DNA of 64,000 nucleotides from a virus (taxonomy: Duplodnaviria > Heunggongvirae > Uroviricota > Caudoviricetes): IMG/VR virus record IMGVR_UViG_3300028887_000082; one strand, written 5' to 3'. The translations under genes and the position numbers were made by a program. Positions 26,357-36,185 of the stretch are shown one piece after another (within the stretch, counting starts at the first letter, position 1; each line of letters begins with the position of its first letter). The notes beneath the pieces were generated by a model, which worked only from the letters and a program-made list of their open reading frames with translations, had not been told where the DNA came from and did no database searches.

Positions 26357-27250
26357 ATGACAAAGAAAGCGGAATATATCGGTGATAACCATCCTCAGGT
26401 CTATGGATTTGAGGTTGGTCATATCTATTTATACAGAGACTTTGGTAGAGGGGTTGAAGTCTATTACTCCAAAGAGGGTGGTACTTCCCTGGCAATGGGT
26501 TACAATATGTTCAATGCCTGCTTCAGGGGTGTGGAAGATAAAGTGTTCAAGAAGGAGGGTAGACTCCAGCACATCACTTTCACAGGTATTGATTGGAAGA
26601 CTGACTTGAATGAACTGTCAGAAATCCAGAAGCAGTATCCCTATGTGGAATGGGGAGTACTTGTATCAAAAAATTGGAAGACCAATGGTAACAGGTATTT
26701 CAACCCCTCATTCATAGAAGCACTTGACAGTAACCTCAACCTATCTGCACATATGTGTGGAAGGATTGCAAGGGAAGCAGTCAGAGGAAACCTGAATCCA
26801 TTCCTGGATTGGGTAAATGGATATGGTTACATCTTCAAGAGATGTCAACTCAACATATCAGGAAGTGAGACCAACCCAGAGAAGTTTGAATACAAGGGTG
26901 ATTTGTCAGATTACTTTGATGAAGTCATACTTCAACAGAAGGGAGTCAATAACTGTGACCTGTTTATGAAGAGCAAGGGAAACAGACATGTGTCCATACT
27001 CCTGGATGCATCCGGTGGAAATGGAATCAACACTGACATTGAACTCCTCAATGTCAGGTCAAAGGTTGGTTATGCTGGAGGTATCAATGCCGACAATGTG
27101 GCAGAGAAACTAACATATCTTGAAGAGAACTGCAAGACTCCATATTGGATTGATATGGAAGCAGGTGTAAGAACCAATGACTGGTTTGACACAGAGAAGG
27201 TGAGAAAGGTTCTGGAGATTTGTGATGGTATAATCAATAAAAAGAAATGA
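26357..27250 (+). CDS. hypothetical protein (297 aa)
   Basis: Long + strand ORF; no confident motif. Confidence 0.55.
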   Translation: MTKKAEYIGDNHPQVYGFEVGHIYLYRDFGRGVEVYYSKEGGTSLAMGYNMFNACFRGVEDKVFKKEGRLQHITFTGIDWKTDLNELSEIQKQYPYVEWGVLVSKNWKTNGNRYFNPSFIEALDSNLNLSAHMCGRIAREAVRGNLNPFLDWVNGYGYIFKRCQLNISGSETNPEKFEYKGDLSDYFDEVILQQKGVNNCDLFMKSKGNRHVSILLDASGGNGINTDIELLNVRSKVGYAGGINADNVAEKLTYLEENCKTPYWIDMEAGVRTNDWFDTEKVRKVLEICDGIINKKK

Positions 27251-27251
27251 C

Positions 27252-27713
27252 ATGGATCCAAATGATGTAAAACGTGGAGACTGGGTATTCTCCAATACTA
27301 TGAACCAACCCTGTAAGGTACTGGGAATCATCCCGGAGGAGACAGAGGAGGGTGAGAAAATTGTGTTCAAACTCACAAATGGTACATCAACATTCCTTGT
27401 CTATAACACAAGTGTGGATCCTCTTGACATAAGTGATGACTTCCTTTTAAAGAATGATTTCCAACCAATCAAAGGTGTAGACAACAATACCATAAAATAT
27501 ATTTTGATTGAAGATGGAAGAAGAGAAGGATGTGTTATAGAGATTACTCCTTACAATCCTCCTCATATGGGTGTGAAATTCCTGGTCTCAATCCACACAG
27601 AATCAACACACGATAATGGTGTAAACAGGATACACAATTGTGATATTGAGTATGTACACCAACTTCAGCATGCATTTAAGATTTGTAAAATTAAAAAAGA
27701 TTTTATTGTATGA
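27252..27713 (+). CDS. hypothetical protein (153 aa)
   Basis: + strand ORF, 1-nt spacing. Confidence 0.5.
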   Translation: MDPNDVKRGDWVFSNTMNQPCKVLGIIPEETEEGEKIVFKLTNGTSTFLVYNTSVDPLDISDDFLLKNDFQPIKGVDNNTIKYILIEDGRREGCVIEITPYNPPHMGVKFLVSIHTESTHDNGVNRIHNCDIEYVHQLQHAFKICKIKKDFIV

Positions 27714-28225
27714 AAGCATTTTACTTTGGTGGTCAGTTCAGGTTCAGATACAAGGACTGTAATCCTGATTTACTGGCAAAGGATTACCGGTCACTCCTAC
27801 TTGGAGACAAGAAGGATATATGGATTAACAGACCTGAATGGGGATATGTGGAAATCAATGATAGTGTATTATATAATGGTCCATTCTACTTCTATGACCA
27901 GATTGATTCAGAGACTGTTGTCAAGGTTGAATCAGAAAGTATAAGTGGTTCAACTGACTGTGTGTTTGTGTTGAGTAATGATGATGCACCTGGAACAGTC
28001 ACAGAGATAATCCAGGCAACAATGTTAAAGAAGAATGTGTACATATTCTTTGAGAAGAAAGATTTGCCAAAGGAAGAGGTGGATACCAAATATCCTTCAA
28101 ACCTTTGGTATGTAATAACATTTGCCTGTATGAATAATAACCCCAATGTCAAATACTGTATGGGATTTGATACGTATGATGATGCAGTTAAAGCATGTGT
28201 TAACTATTTCAAAGGAGTATTATGA
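27710..28225 (+). CDS. hypothetical protein; possibly nucleoside 2-deoxyribosyltransferase-like Rossmann protein
   Basis: MKAFYFGGQF and GTVTEIIQA loosely resemble the NDT-family motifs YLAGPFF and GTxFExG; weak. Confidence 0.35.
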   Translation: MKAFYFGGQFRFRYKDCNPDLLAKDYRSLLLGDKKDIWINRPEWGYVEINDSVLYNGPFYFYDQIDSETVVKVESESISGSTDCVFVLSNDDAPGTVTEIIQATMLKKNVYIFFEKKDLPKEEVDTKYPSNLWYVITFACMNNNPNVKYCMGFDTYDDAVKACVNYFKGVL

Positions 28226-28776
28226 TTGAGTTTATTTGTGCAATACTTGGTCTGGCACAGGGAGTTCTGGCCTGGCTTAACAAGAGAATCAACTGGCTTG
28301 TATATGCAGTGATGATGGTGTTTCTAATCATATTCTCTGCTGCCAACAATCTATGGGCAGATGTTTTTCAGAACTCAATATATGCAGCAATATGTCTTTA
28401 TTCATACTTCATAATGTGGAACAAAGGTTCTGATTTTGACCACATATCAAAGATGAGTAATGAAAATAGATATTGGACTGTTGCGATAGTATTGTTGGCA
28501 ACACTCCTGCTTGGTGTGTTGTTAAAGGGTACCAATGACCCCTTACCTGTGATTGATGCATTTACCACAGTTACTACATTTGGAGCCCTGATACTGATGT
28601 CACGACACAAGATAGAATGTTGGATTATGTGGTTAATCAATGACATTGCTTACATTGTCCAGTACTATATGTTACCGGACCAGGCATGGTATTTGATATT
28701 CCTGTATATAATATGGACAGGATTTGCCATTGGTTCATTGATAACTTGGAGAAAGCAAATGATAACTAATTCTTAA
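28222..28776 (+). CDS. pnuC: PnuC-like nicotinamide riboside/NMN transporter
   Basis: IEFICAILGLAQGVLAWLNKRINWLVYAVMMV and AAICLYSYFIMWNKG align segment by segment with E. coli PnuC (IEAVGTIAGLLCIGLASLEKISNYFFGLINV; AANIYGWYAWSRQ); repeated WLINDIAYIV.../W-rich helices. Confidence 0.65.
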   Translation: MIEFICAILGLAQGVLAWLNKRINWLVYAVMMVFLIIFSAANNLWADVFQNSIYAAICLYSYFIMWNKGSDFDHISKMSNENRYWTVAIVLLATLLLGVLLKGTNDPLPVIDAFTTVTTFGALILMSRHKIECWIMWLINDIAYIVQYYMLPDQAWYLIFLYIIWTGFAIGSLITWRKQMITNS

Positions 28777-28780
28777 GAAT

Positions 28781-29599
28781 ATGTCAAAAGAGAAGGAAAT
28801 AAAGAACTATATGGGTTACAAGGAAGCCCTCCTTGAAGCAAGGAAAGAGGTGGAGGGTCTCATCAGTAGATATGAATCCATCAAGGCAAAAGATTCATAC
28901 AGTGAGACATTCCAGAAAGCAAGGGTGATGGGATACAGGGATGTACTCTACAGAATAGGTAACCTGATTGCAAAGTATGACAATGAAGGTCATAATTATA
29001 CTGCACTCAATGAAATCAATGAGGCAGCAGACAACTATGTTGGTCATCCAGAGGAAGTTGATGAAGGTATCACAGTATCCGGAAGGAGAGATGCCTTCAA
29101 GGATGGTGCCAAGTGGCAGATGAAGAAAGACTTTGATTTCTTCACAGGACAGATGGGTTTGTATGATCCGAATATGGAAGTGACTGATGAGGAGAAAATA
29201 GAAGCATTGAGGTTTGCTTATGACCTGGATGCTTATATGGAAGGTGAAGGTCCCAACATCACTGATGTGGTGAATGGTTACTATGGAGGTCTCCTTGCAC
29301 AGAAGAAAAAGGATAGGACAGAACATCTTGCATACCCTGTGACAGATACAACAAAGGATAAGATTGAACATTATATTGCTTCCACATTCCACACAGAAAG
29401 ACCTGAACCTGTTCTCATTGAAACAGTGGAAGAGGGTGTCAGACTCGGAAGACAGGAGTATAGGGATGAGATGATGAAGGATGCACTTGATGGATATATC
29501 TCTGTTGGTGGTAAAAGAAGACTCATAACAATCCTGGATGGTATGAAGGACTTCAAGTTTGGTGAAAAGATTAAGGCAATTATATTAAAGGATAAGTAA
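28781..29599 (+). CDS. paralog family A protein (272 aa), C-terminal FGEKIKAIILKDK
   Basis: DAFKDGAKWQMKK and ITILDGMKDFKFGEKIKAIILKD parallel 21904 and 22427. Confidence 0.55.
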   Translation: MSKEKEIKNYMGYKEALLEARKEVEGLISRYESIKAKDSYSETFQKARVMGYRDVLYRIGNLIAKYDNEGHNYTALNEINEAADNYVGHPEEVDEGITVSGRRDAFKDGAKWQMKKDFDFFTGQMGLYDPNMEVTDEEKIEALRFAYDLDAYMEGEGPNITDVVNGYYGGLLAQKKKDRTEHLAYPVTDTTKDKIEHYIASTFHTERPEPVLIETVEEGVRLGRQEYRDEMMKDALDGYISVGGKRRLITILDGMKDFKFGEKIKAIILKDK

Positions 29600-29899
29600 A
29601 TGGGATTTCTTGAAAAACCAAAATTGAGTGAACCAAATGAATTGGGATATCAGTTCGGTATAAATGAATCACTCACAAAATATGCACATGATAAACAAAT
29701 GCAGAGTGCCAATACATACCTTCCGGGTGTCAAGATCACTGTAATGGAAGTATGGAAGGATGATAAACTGGTGGCATATCTTTTGGTTGATGAGAAGACA
29801 AACCAACCACTGAAGGAAGCACAGGGGTATGAAGCAGCTGCGGTTGATATTGATGCATACAAAATATTAGCTCAATCAAAACAACTTGAGAAGAATTAA
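29600..29899 (+). CDS. hypothetical protein (99 aa)
   Basis: + strand ORF, 1-nt spacing. Confidence 0.45.
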   Translation: MGFLEKPKLSEPNELGYQFGINESLTKYAHDKQMQSANTYLPGVKITVMEVWKDDKLVAYLLVDEKTNQPLKEAQGYEAAAVDIDAYKILAQSKQLEKN

Positions 29900-30163
29900 T
29901 TATGAGTAAGGAGGATGCCATTCAGGAGTTGGAAGAGTTACTCTATTACTGGAGACATATAAAGTTTTACAACAACAAATCTGAACAGGACGCTGTTGAG
30001 TTTGCAATTAACTACTTAAAAGAGAATTGATTATGAATGATGAGATTAAAAATTATCTCAAGAGTCATCTTGGTTTGAGATGGGAAGTTAATCGTCATGG
30101 AGATTATTTTCTGGATCTCACACTGGATAATGAGACAATAAGTAAGGTACCGTTTCATATGGA

Positions 30164-30382
30164 TTGATTATGAACAGAGAAGAATTTATAGAGATGCTGG
30201 TTAAGCTTGCCAGAATAAGGTACAACCTGTCAGAAACTGAACTCAATGAGTTCAGGACAGTGTTGGAAATGATGCCGGACAGGGAATCATTGGATACAAG
30301 TATCCAACAGGTCAAACCAAAGAAGAATCCCTGGCCACAGAACTTTGATAACATACCACTTATGTATGGACCCCCAAGATGA
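30164..30382 (+). CDS. hypothetical small protein (72 aa)
   Basis: + strand ORF. Confidence 0.4.
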   Translation: MIMNREEFIEMLVKLARIRYNLSETELNEFRTVLEMMPDRESLDTSIQQVKPKKNPWPQNFDNIPLMYGPPR

Positions 30383-30488
30383 TGACTATGTGTTTAAGTG
30401 CAGGTATTTTAATTGTAGGTATGCTGGCAGTCATATGTATATGTGTTGTGGAAATGTTTGATGACTGCGAAAATGACGATGACGAAGA

Positions 30489-30677
30489 ATGAAAGCTACA
30501 TTTGAAGATTGTATGGATTGTCCATTCTGCCTGGTGAGCAAGAAGGACAGAAAGTATGCCAATGTGTTTTGTCATGGTTTGGACAAAGTGGTGGCTCAAG
30601 TACTGATAAAAGATGTCTTGGATAAGACAGCAAAAGCAGGACTTCCGCCAAACTGTCCATACATTGATAAGGATTAA
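30489..30677 (+). CDS. hypothetical small Cys-containing protein (62 aa)
   Basis: CMDCPFC...C pattern. Confidence 0.4.
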   Translation: MKATFEDCMDCPFCLVSKKDRKYANVFCHGLDKVVAQVLIKDVLDKTAKAGLPPNCPYIDKD

Positions 30678-30691
30678 AAAATGCGAAAAAA

Positions 30692-30722
30692 TTTGTTGGT
30701 TCAGATTTTTTTATTATCTTTG
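30692..30722 (+). promoter_or_regulatory. Bacteroidota-type promoter (TTTGTTGG, 19 nt, TATCTTTG)
   Basis: Upstream of 30744..31349. Confidence 0.5.
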
Positions 30723-30743
30723 TAATAGAAATAGAAAGGATTT

Positions 30744-31349
30744 ATGAATAAAGATGATATTATCAAGATAGGTAGTCACAACAGTTGGTCTTTCAATCCA
30801 ATAAAGCAGTTGTGGCTTAAACCTTTTTCATGGGTGGCAAGGTGTCAAAGAGTCACCATACTTGAACAGTATTTTGATTATGGGGTGAGAGTGTTTGATC
30901 TCAGACTCCGTTATGACAAGAGATCCAAGTCATTTAAGGTCGCACATGGACTTGCTATATTCAAGTGTGATTGGGAGAATGACCTCAAGGATTTAAATGC
31001 CCTGGCTGCCCTCGATACCATCTATTGTAGGGTTTTACTGGAAGATGATGAAAACCAGAAAGACCAGAAGGAGAATGATGAGAGGTTCAAGGCAGAGTGT
31101 CAGAGACTGGCAGAGAAGTATAAGAAGGTAATATTCTTTGGTGGTTTCCCGGCAAGATACAGGTGGAGAAAGGTCATATATGACTTCAAGACCAAAGAAC
31201 CCACCCTGCATGACAAGTATTCATCATCAAAACTGGTGAATGGAAACAAGGTATGGCCTTGGCTCTATGCTTTCAACCACAACAAGAAAAACCTGAAAAT
31301 GGGAACTAATTTTGATTTCCTTTTCATTGATTATGTTGACATTAGATAA
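30744..31349 (+). CDS. hypothetical protein (201 aa)
   Basis: + strand ORF with its own promoter. Confidence 0.5.
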   Translation: MNKDDIIKIGSHNSWSFNPIKQLWLKPFSWVARCQRVTILEQYFDYGVRVFDLRLRYDKRSKSFKVAHGLAIFKCDWENDLKDLNALAALDTIYCRVLLEDDENQKDQKENDERFKAECQRLAEKYKKVIFFGGFPARYRWRKVIYDFKTKEPTLHDKYSSSKLVNGNKVWPWLYAFNHNKKNLKMGTNFDFLFIDYVDIR

Positions 31350-31358
31350 AGATAAGAT

Positions 31359-31964
31359 ATGCTGACAGTAGATGAAATGAAGTCCAATTCTGAACTCTAC
31401 ACATTGAGGGAAAGTCTTGGAAGACACACCCAACCGGTGATGTTGGATTACAGAATAGGTGATGCCCTTGTGAGTGATGACCTCACACACAGGGGAAGAA
31501 AGTATGATATGGATGTTTATCTTGAGAAATACAAGACAAACCTTCAGCGTCCTTATGTATGGACATATCCACAGCAGAATGCTTTCATCCAGTCTGTCCT
31601 TTATGACAAGGTTGTATCTCCATTTGTTGTAATCATGCACTCTTTGAGTAATGATGGTCTTGGTGACAAGATTGTATATGTCATTGATGGCAAGCAGAGG
31701 CTCACTACTGTCCATAAGTTTATGCACAATGAGTTTCCTGTTGAGGTTGGTGGTGAGAAATATTACTACAAGGATTTTGATGATGACTTGAAGACCTATT
31801 TCAACAGAAACCTTGACCGCTTTGTGGCAATTGTGTATTACAGTTACCCTTATGAACCGGTCACTGATGATGAGAAGATCCAGATCTTCAACTTCTACAA
31901 CTTCACAGGTACTCCCCAGGCAGAGGAACACAAGATTAAGTTACAGAACCTTTTGAAGAAATAA
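31359..31964 (+). CDS. hypothetical protein (201 aa)
   Basis: + strand ORF. Confidence 0.5.
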   Translation: MLTVDEMKSNSELYTLRESLGRHTQPVMLDYRIGDALVSDDLTHRGRKYDMDVYLEKYKTNLQRPYVWTYPQQNAFIQSVLYDKVVSPFVVIMHSLSNDGLGDKIVYVIDGKQRLTTVHKFMHNEFPVEVGGEKYYYKDFDDDLKTYFNRNLDRFVAIVYYSYPYEPVTDDEKIQIFNFYNFTGTPQAEEHKIKLQNLLKK

Positions 31965-31966
31965 CT

Positions 31967-32338
31967 ATGTGCCTTTTATCAACATCTATTAAACCCAAGA
32001 AGGCCAAAGAGGATATTGTCTGCTACAAGTTCTTTTTTAAACGTAATGGACGCCTGATATCTCCCTGGACTCATTTTGAATGGAGAACAAATGTGACATA
32101 CACTGCCAGAAAGGCTAAACCAATGTATCCTAATGAGATAAAGGATGGATACTTCCATAGTTTTACAACAAATGAAATAGCAGATGAGATGGCAGATCAT
32201 TACTCTGGTATACGTCATTGTTATGTATATGAGTGTGTAATCCCAAAGGGTACTTACTACTATACTGGTGAACATCGAGGACTTTCTGGATATGCATCCA
32301 AGAAATTGATTATCAAAAAGAATGTAAGTGTATTTTAA
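31967..32338 (+). CDS. hypothetical protein (123 aa)
   Basis: + strand ORF. Confidence 0.45.
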   Translation: MCLLSTSIKPKKAKEDIVCYKFFFKRNGRLISPWTHFEWRTNVTYTARKAKPMYPNEIKDGYFHSFTTNEIADEMADHYSGIRHCYVYECVIPKGTYYYTGEHRGLSGYASKKLIIKKNVSVF

Positions 32339-32350
32339 GTTCCTAACATT

Positions 32351-32593
32351 ATGATGTACATACTTGCAGGAAGAAGTTATCAATTATATGGCATCTTCTC
32401 CACAAAGGAGAAACTCAATGAGGCCATCGCAGTCGTAAGGAAACATGACCCTTACACACATCTCTATTGGCAGGAGGTAGAGGTTGACAACTTTGACACA
32501 ACCATTGCCTCATTCTTTACAATGCATCCGGAAAAACTTATAGAAATAGAAAAAGACACAGATTATGAAATTTCTGATACAGACAGTAAATAA
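32351..32593 (+). CDS. hypothetical small protein (80 aa)
   Basis: + strand ORF. Confidence 0.4.
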   Translation: MMYILAGRSYQLYGIFSTKEKLNEAIAVVRKHDPYTHLYWQEVEVDNFDTTIASFFTMHPEKLIEIEKDTDYEISDTDSK

Positions 32594-33290
32594 ACAGATT
32601 ACATATGACTTCATTTTTGAGTTGACCATATGTAAGGAATACTTTGATTGGATTGGAAGGGATTTCAAACTCAAGAAACATGAAGGTCTGAACTTTGATG
32701 ATATAAAGAACCCGGACCAGTATGTCCCTGTTGGTTCTGTTGAGTTTGTATCAGAGTATTTGAGGAAGTTTTACCCCCAGGCAGAGAAAGCACTCATACC
32801 TATCAATGTTCCAGAACAGTTGTTCCCATTTGCCGGCAGAACCATTGCCAACATAACCAAACCGGAGGATATGAATGGGTTTGATTGTCTTGTGTACAGA
32901 AAGTCTTTGGATACAATAAAGGATCCCAACAATGGATGGTGGGGATTTCCTGAATATGAATGGTGTAAGGGTTACCAGGTTTCCACTCCAATTGATAACA
33001 TTATTTCTGAATGGAGAGTATTTGTATTCAATGATGTAATTGTGGATGCAAAAAACTACAGGGGTGACTTTTTCGTATGTCCGGATGAAGAAACAGTTTC
33101 CAATATGGTGAAAGCATATAAGAATTCACCCAGAGCATATACGCTTGATGTAGCAGTCACAAGTGAAGGTAAAACTGTAGTGATTGAGTGTCACCGGTTC
33201 TTTTCATGTGGTCTGTATGGATTTTGTGAGCATGATAAATATCCTGTAATGCTTTCACAGGAATGGTTTGAAATGAAAAATATGAGATAA
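32565..33290 (+). CDS. ATP-grasp fold enzyme (amidoligase-like)
   Basis: EWRVFVFNDVIVDAKNY and LDVAVTSEGKTVVIECHRF resemble ATP-grasp motifs (ExxRxF; DxxxxxxGxxxVIExN). Confidence 0.45.
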   Translation: MKFLIQTVNKQITYDFIFELTICKEYFDWIGRDFKLKKHEGLNFDDIKNPDQYVPVGSVEFVSEYLRKFYPQAEKALIPINVPEQLFPFAGRTIANITKPEDMNGFDCLVYRKSLDTIKDPNNGWWGFPEYEWCKGYQVSTPIDNIISEWRVFVFNDVIVDAKNYRGDFFVCPDEETVSNMVKAYKNSPRAYTLDVAVTSEGKTVVIECHRFFSCGLYGFCEHDKYPVMLSQEWFEMKNMR

Positions 33291-33292
33291 TT

Positions 33293-33595
33293 ATGAACAC
33301 TAAAAAAAGAAATGTATTCTTTGATTTGTTTTACAAGAAATACAAATCCATTGATAAAATGAACTACATCAAAAATGTTATGGACTCTTGTGAGACAAAA
33401 GTACAATTGGATTCAGCGTATTCATGGGGAATTGAAATCATTTGGAAAACATGTAGTGCAATGAGAGAAATACTTGATAATGAATATGGTAGTATCTTTG
33501 CATTTCCTATTGAAGATAAAATAATGGATATGTGTAAAGAAATATCAGATGAAATTACCAATCATTATAATAACATACTAAAAAGAAAGATATAA
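33293..33595 (+). CDS. hypothetical protein (100 aa)
   Basis: + strand ORF. Confidence 0.4.
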   Translation: MNTKKRNVFFDLFYKKYKSIDKMNYIKNVMDSCETKVQLDSAYSWGIEIIWKTCSAMREILDNEYGSIFAFPIEDKIMDMCKEISDEITNHYNNILKRKI

Positions 33596-33604
33596 AAGAA
33601 TGAT

Positions 33605-33901
33605 ATGATAGGTATTTTTATTTTCCCGGCAAAACCAAACAAGGATTACCTGTTCTACAAAGAACCCAGAAAAGTTCTTGAAATGAGTGATGATGAAATC
33701 ATATCATCAAAAAATTCATCAAGGGGTATTTTCTATAACATACATTATGACAATGAATGGGAAGGACTCAGTGATGCAGAAATTGTTGATAAGTGGAATG
33801 AAAAAGCGATAAACCTCCAAATTCAGATTGGTAACAGAAAATCCGGACTTGGTTATACATCAGTAGATAAGACTAAATTTATTAGAATAATAAGGAAATG
33901 A
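33605..33901 (+). CDS. hypothetical protein (98 aa)
   Basis: + strand ORF. Confidence 0.4.
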   Translation: MIGIFIFPAKPNKDYLFYKEPRKVLEMSDDEIISSKNSSRGIFYNIHYDNEWEGLSDAEIVDKWNEKAINLQIQIGNRKSGLGYTSVDKTKFIRIIRK

Positions 33902-34575
33902 AACACTATGACAGTATTCCCAGACTCCAGGATGATGGAACACTGAAAGGAGAGATGGTCGCCGGGTACAACAAACTTGACGGTCAGAACTTCTGTGTCA
34001 CATATAATTGTAGAAAGAAAACCTGGGGACCTTATGGATCCAGGACTGTCACTGTTGATGAGAACTCTGAACAGTTTGGGGACACGGTTAGATTCTTCAA
34101 CAACTCCGGTTACAAGGAGATACTTGGAAATATCATCAAGGAGTATTCAGGTAAGGGAGATGTGTTCAATGGTGTTGAAGAAGTCACATTCTTCTTTGAG
34201 TGGTATGGGTGGAACTCATTCGCTGGCAAACACAAGGAAGGTGACAAGATGCACCTGGCACTCATTGATGTGTTCCTGAAGAAGAGAGGTTATATGGAAC
34301 CCAAATCATATGAGATGTGTTTCAGAAATTGCGGAATTGAACTTCCTGATCTCATATATTCCGGACCACTCAATGCAGACATTATAGAAAAGGTTCAGAA
34401 CAATGACTGGACAGACCCGGATTGTTGGAATTCCAAAGTACATGAGGGTGTTGTCTTCAAAAGAACAACACTCCTGAAAGGACAGAGGAGACCATCAGTC
34501 AAGGTGAAGACCAAATGGTGGTTGGACACTCTCCACTCACTTTATACAGAAGAGGAATGTAAGAAACTTGAGTGA
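33898..34575 (+). CDS. ATP-dependent RNA ligase-like nucleotidyltransferase (Rnl family)
   Basis: Motif I AGYNKLDGQN (KxDG, lysine adenylylation site); motif IV EGVVFK; motif V KVKTK; ~225 aa. Confidence 0.6.
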   Translation: MKHYDSIPRLQDDGTLKGEMVAGYNKLDGQNFCVTYNCRKKTWGPYGSRTVTVDENSEQFGDTVRFFNNSGYKEILGNIIKEYSGKGDVFNGVEEVTFFFEWYGWNSFAGKHKEGDKMHLALIDVFLKKRGYMEPKSYEMCFRNCGIELPDLIYSGPLNADIIEKVQNNDWTDPDCWNSKVHEGVVFKRTTLLKGQRRPSVKVKTKWWLDTLHSLYTEEECKKLE

Positions 34576-35428
34576 TATGGAAGGATACAGTATAAATCCA
34601 TTAGACTATCTTAACCAGGCACTTAATTATGCACATCGTTGGAAACTTGATGTCAATCTTGAAAATCCGACCACAATACAGGACAAACTGTTCTGGTTGA
34701 ATTTCTATGACCAGGACATCAGAAAGTCCAGATGTGCAGATAAACTGTTAGTCAGGGAGTATGCAAAAGAAAAACTTGGTTTTGACATCAACATACCAAT
34801 ATTAAAGGTGTATGACAGTGTTGATGACATAAACCTGGATGAACTCCCAGATAAGTTTGTCATAAAGTGTAATCATGGAAGTTCAATGAACATTGTTGTC
34901 AAAGACAAGAGTTCATTTGACTTTGAAAAAGCAAAGGACAAACTCAGGAAATGGATGAGTATTGATTATGCACTATATAATCATTATGAGTTCCATTACC
35001 ATGACATACAACACAAGATTCTGATTGAGGAATACAAGGAAGATCTCAAGACCAATGAACTCAGGGATTACAAGTTCAGCTGTTTCAATGGTGTTCCCAA
35101 AGTTATGTGTGCAATCACAAACCTGTTCAAACACAATGAGACAACCAACTATTATGATATGGATTTCAATCCATTGACTGATATGTCCCTGATATATCAT
35201 CCTGCAAACTACAATGTCCAGATTGATAAACCCAAAGGGTTTGAAAAGATGATAGAGTATGCCACAAAACTCTCCCAGGACTTTAAGTATGTCAGGGTAG
35301 ATTTCTTCAGTATCAATGGTGATGTGTATCTGAGTGAGATGACATTCACACCACATGCCATAATCTGGTTGAGATTCAATAACCCCAAATATGACCTTGA
35401 ACTGGGTAATATGCTTAATATAAAGTAA
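34568..35428 (+). CDS. ATP-grasp enzyme (TupA-like)
   Basis: KFVIKCNHGSS...; ILIEEYKED; YVRVDFFSINGDVYLSEMTFTP. Confidence 0.5.
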   Translation: MSDMEGYSINPLDYLNQALNYAHRWKLDVNLENPTTIQDKLFWLNFYDQDIRKSRCADKLLVREYAKEKLGFDINIPILKVYDSVDDINLDELPDKFVIKCNHGSSMNIVVKDKSSFDFEKAKDKLRKWMSIDYALYNHYEFHYHDIQHKILIEEYKEDLKTNELRDYKFSCFNGVPKVMCAITNLFKHNETTNYYDMDFNPLTDMSLIYHPANYNVQIDKPKGFEKMIEYATKLSQDFKYVRVDFFSINGDVYLSEMTFTPHAIIWLRFNNPKYDLELGNMLNIK

Positions 35429-35429
35429 T

Positions 35430-35672
35430 ATGAATACAAGTTTCATTTATAAGGTGATATCTGAATCAGAAAGGTGGCAGGTAAGACGCAAGAGAAAGAT
35501 CGAGAGGATGAAATTTCTGATGAAAGTTCTTGAAGACAGAAACCTTAACCTCCCTGAAAGATTTTATGGTATGCTGGCAAGGTGGGAGTCAGAATATAGA
35601 AGAGAATGTGAGGAATATCAGCAACTACTTAACATAACCAAGAATGAAAAGAAAGAAGAAAGAATACAGTAA
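35430..35672 (+). CDS. hypothetical protein (80 aa)
   Basis: + strand ORF. Confidence 0.4.
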   Translation: MNTSFIYKVISESERWQVRRKRKIERMKFLMKVLEDRNLNLPERFYGMLARWESEYRRECEEYQQLLNITKNEKKEERIQ

Positions 35673-35913
35673 CATCTGTGATATGAATGGGGAACTCATC
35701 CCATATGGTGTCCCTATTGACTTCACATGGTGGGCATACTATGGGACAGAAGTTGAACTCCACCTGGTTGCGAAGATACGAAAGCGAAAATCCGGTGACA
35801 TCTTTGAGTTCATAAAGGATGAACATGGAAGAGATTGTTTCTTCACTCACAGACTGACATCACTCAATTGGGAACCGGCAGATTTGGAAATATTAAATGA
35901 AAATGAGTTATGA
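35644..35913 (+). CDS. hypothetical protein (89 aa)
   Basis: + strand ORF. Confidence 0.4.
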   Translation: MKRKKKEYSNICDMNGELIPYGVPIDFTWWAYYGTEVELHLVAKIRKRKSGDIFEFIKDEHGRDCFFTHRLTSLNWEPADLEILNENEL

Positions 35914-36185
35914 ACAACATCTTTAATTATATCTTTAATTTTGGACCGGTAATTGTCTCCCTCATCCTCCTTATCTGGATGAGATGTTGTTGTGTATTCA
36001 CAGAGAACATCAAGTTCCCGACAAGAGGACATATTGTACTGATTACACTGTTGTCAGCAATCCCCATTATAGGAATTATAACAGTGGCGGGTATGATTGC
36101 ATTCTATATTGGATTCAGAGTGACAGGTGATTTACGTCTTAAAAGTAATAGATTTACTAAATTTTGGTTTGACATAGATGAATGA
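35910..36185 (+). CDS. small membrane protein (91 aa)
   Basis: Two hydrophobic helices. Confidence 0.4.
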   Translation: MNNIFNYIFNFGPVIVSLILLIWMRCCCVFTENIKFPTRGHIVLITLLSAIPIIGIITVAGMIAFYIGFRVTGDLRLKSNRFTKFWFDIDE

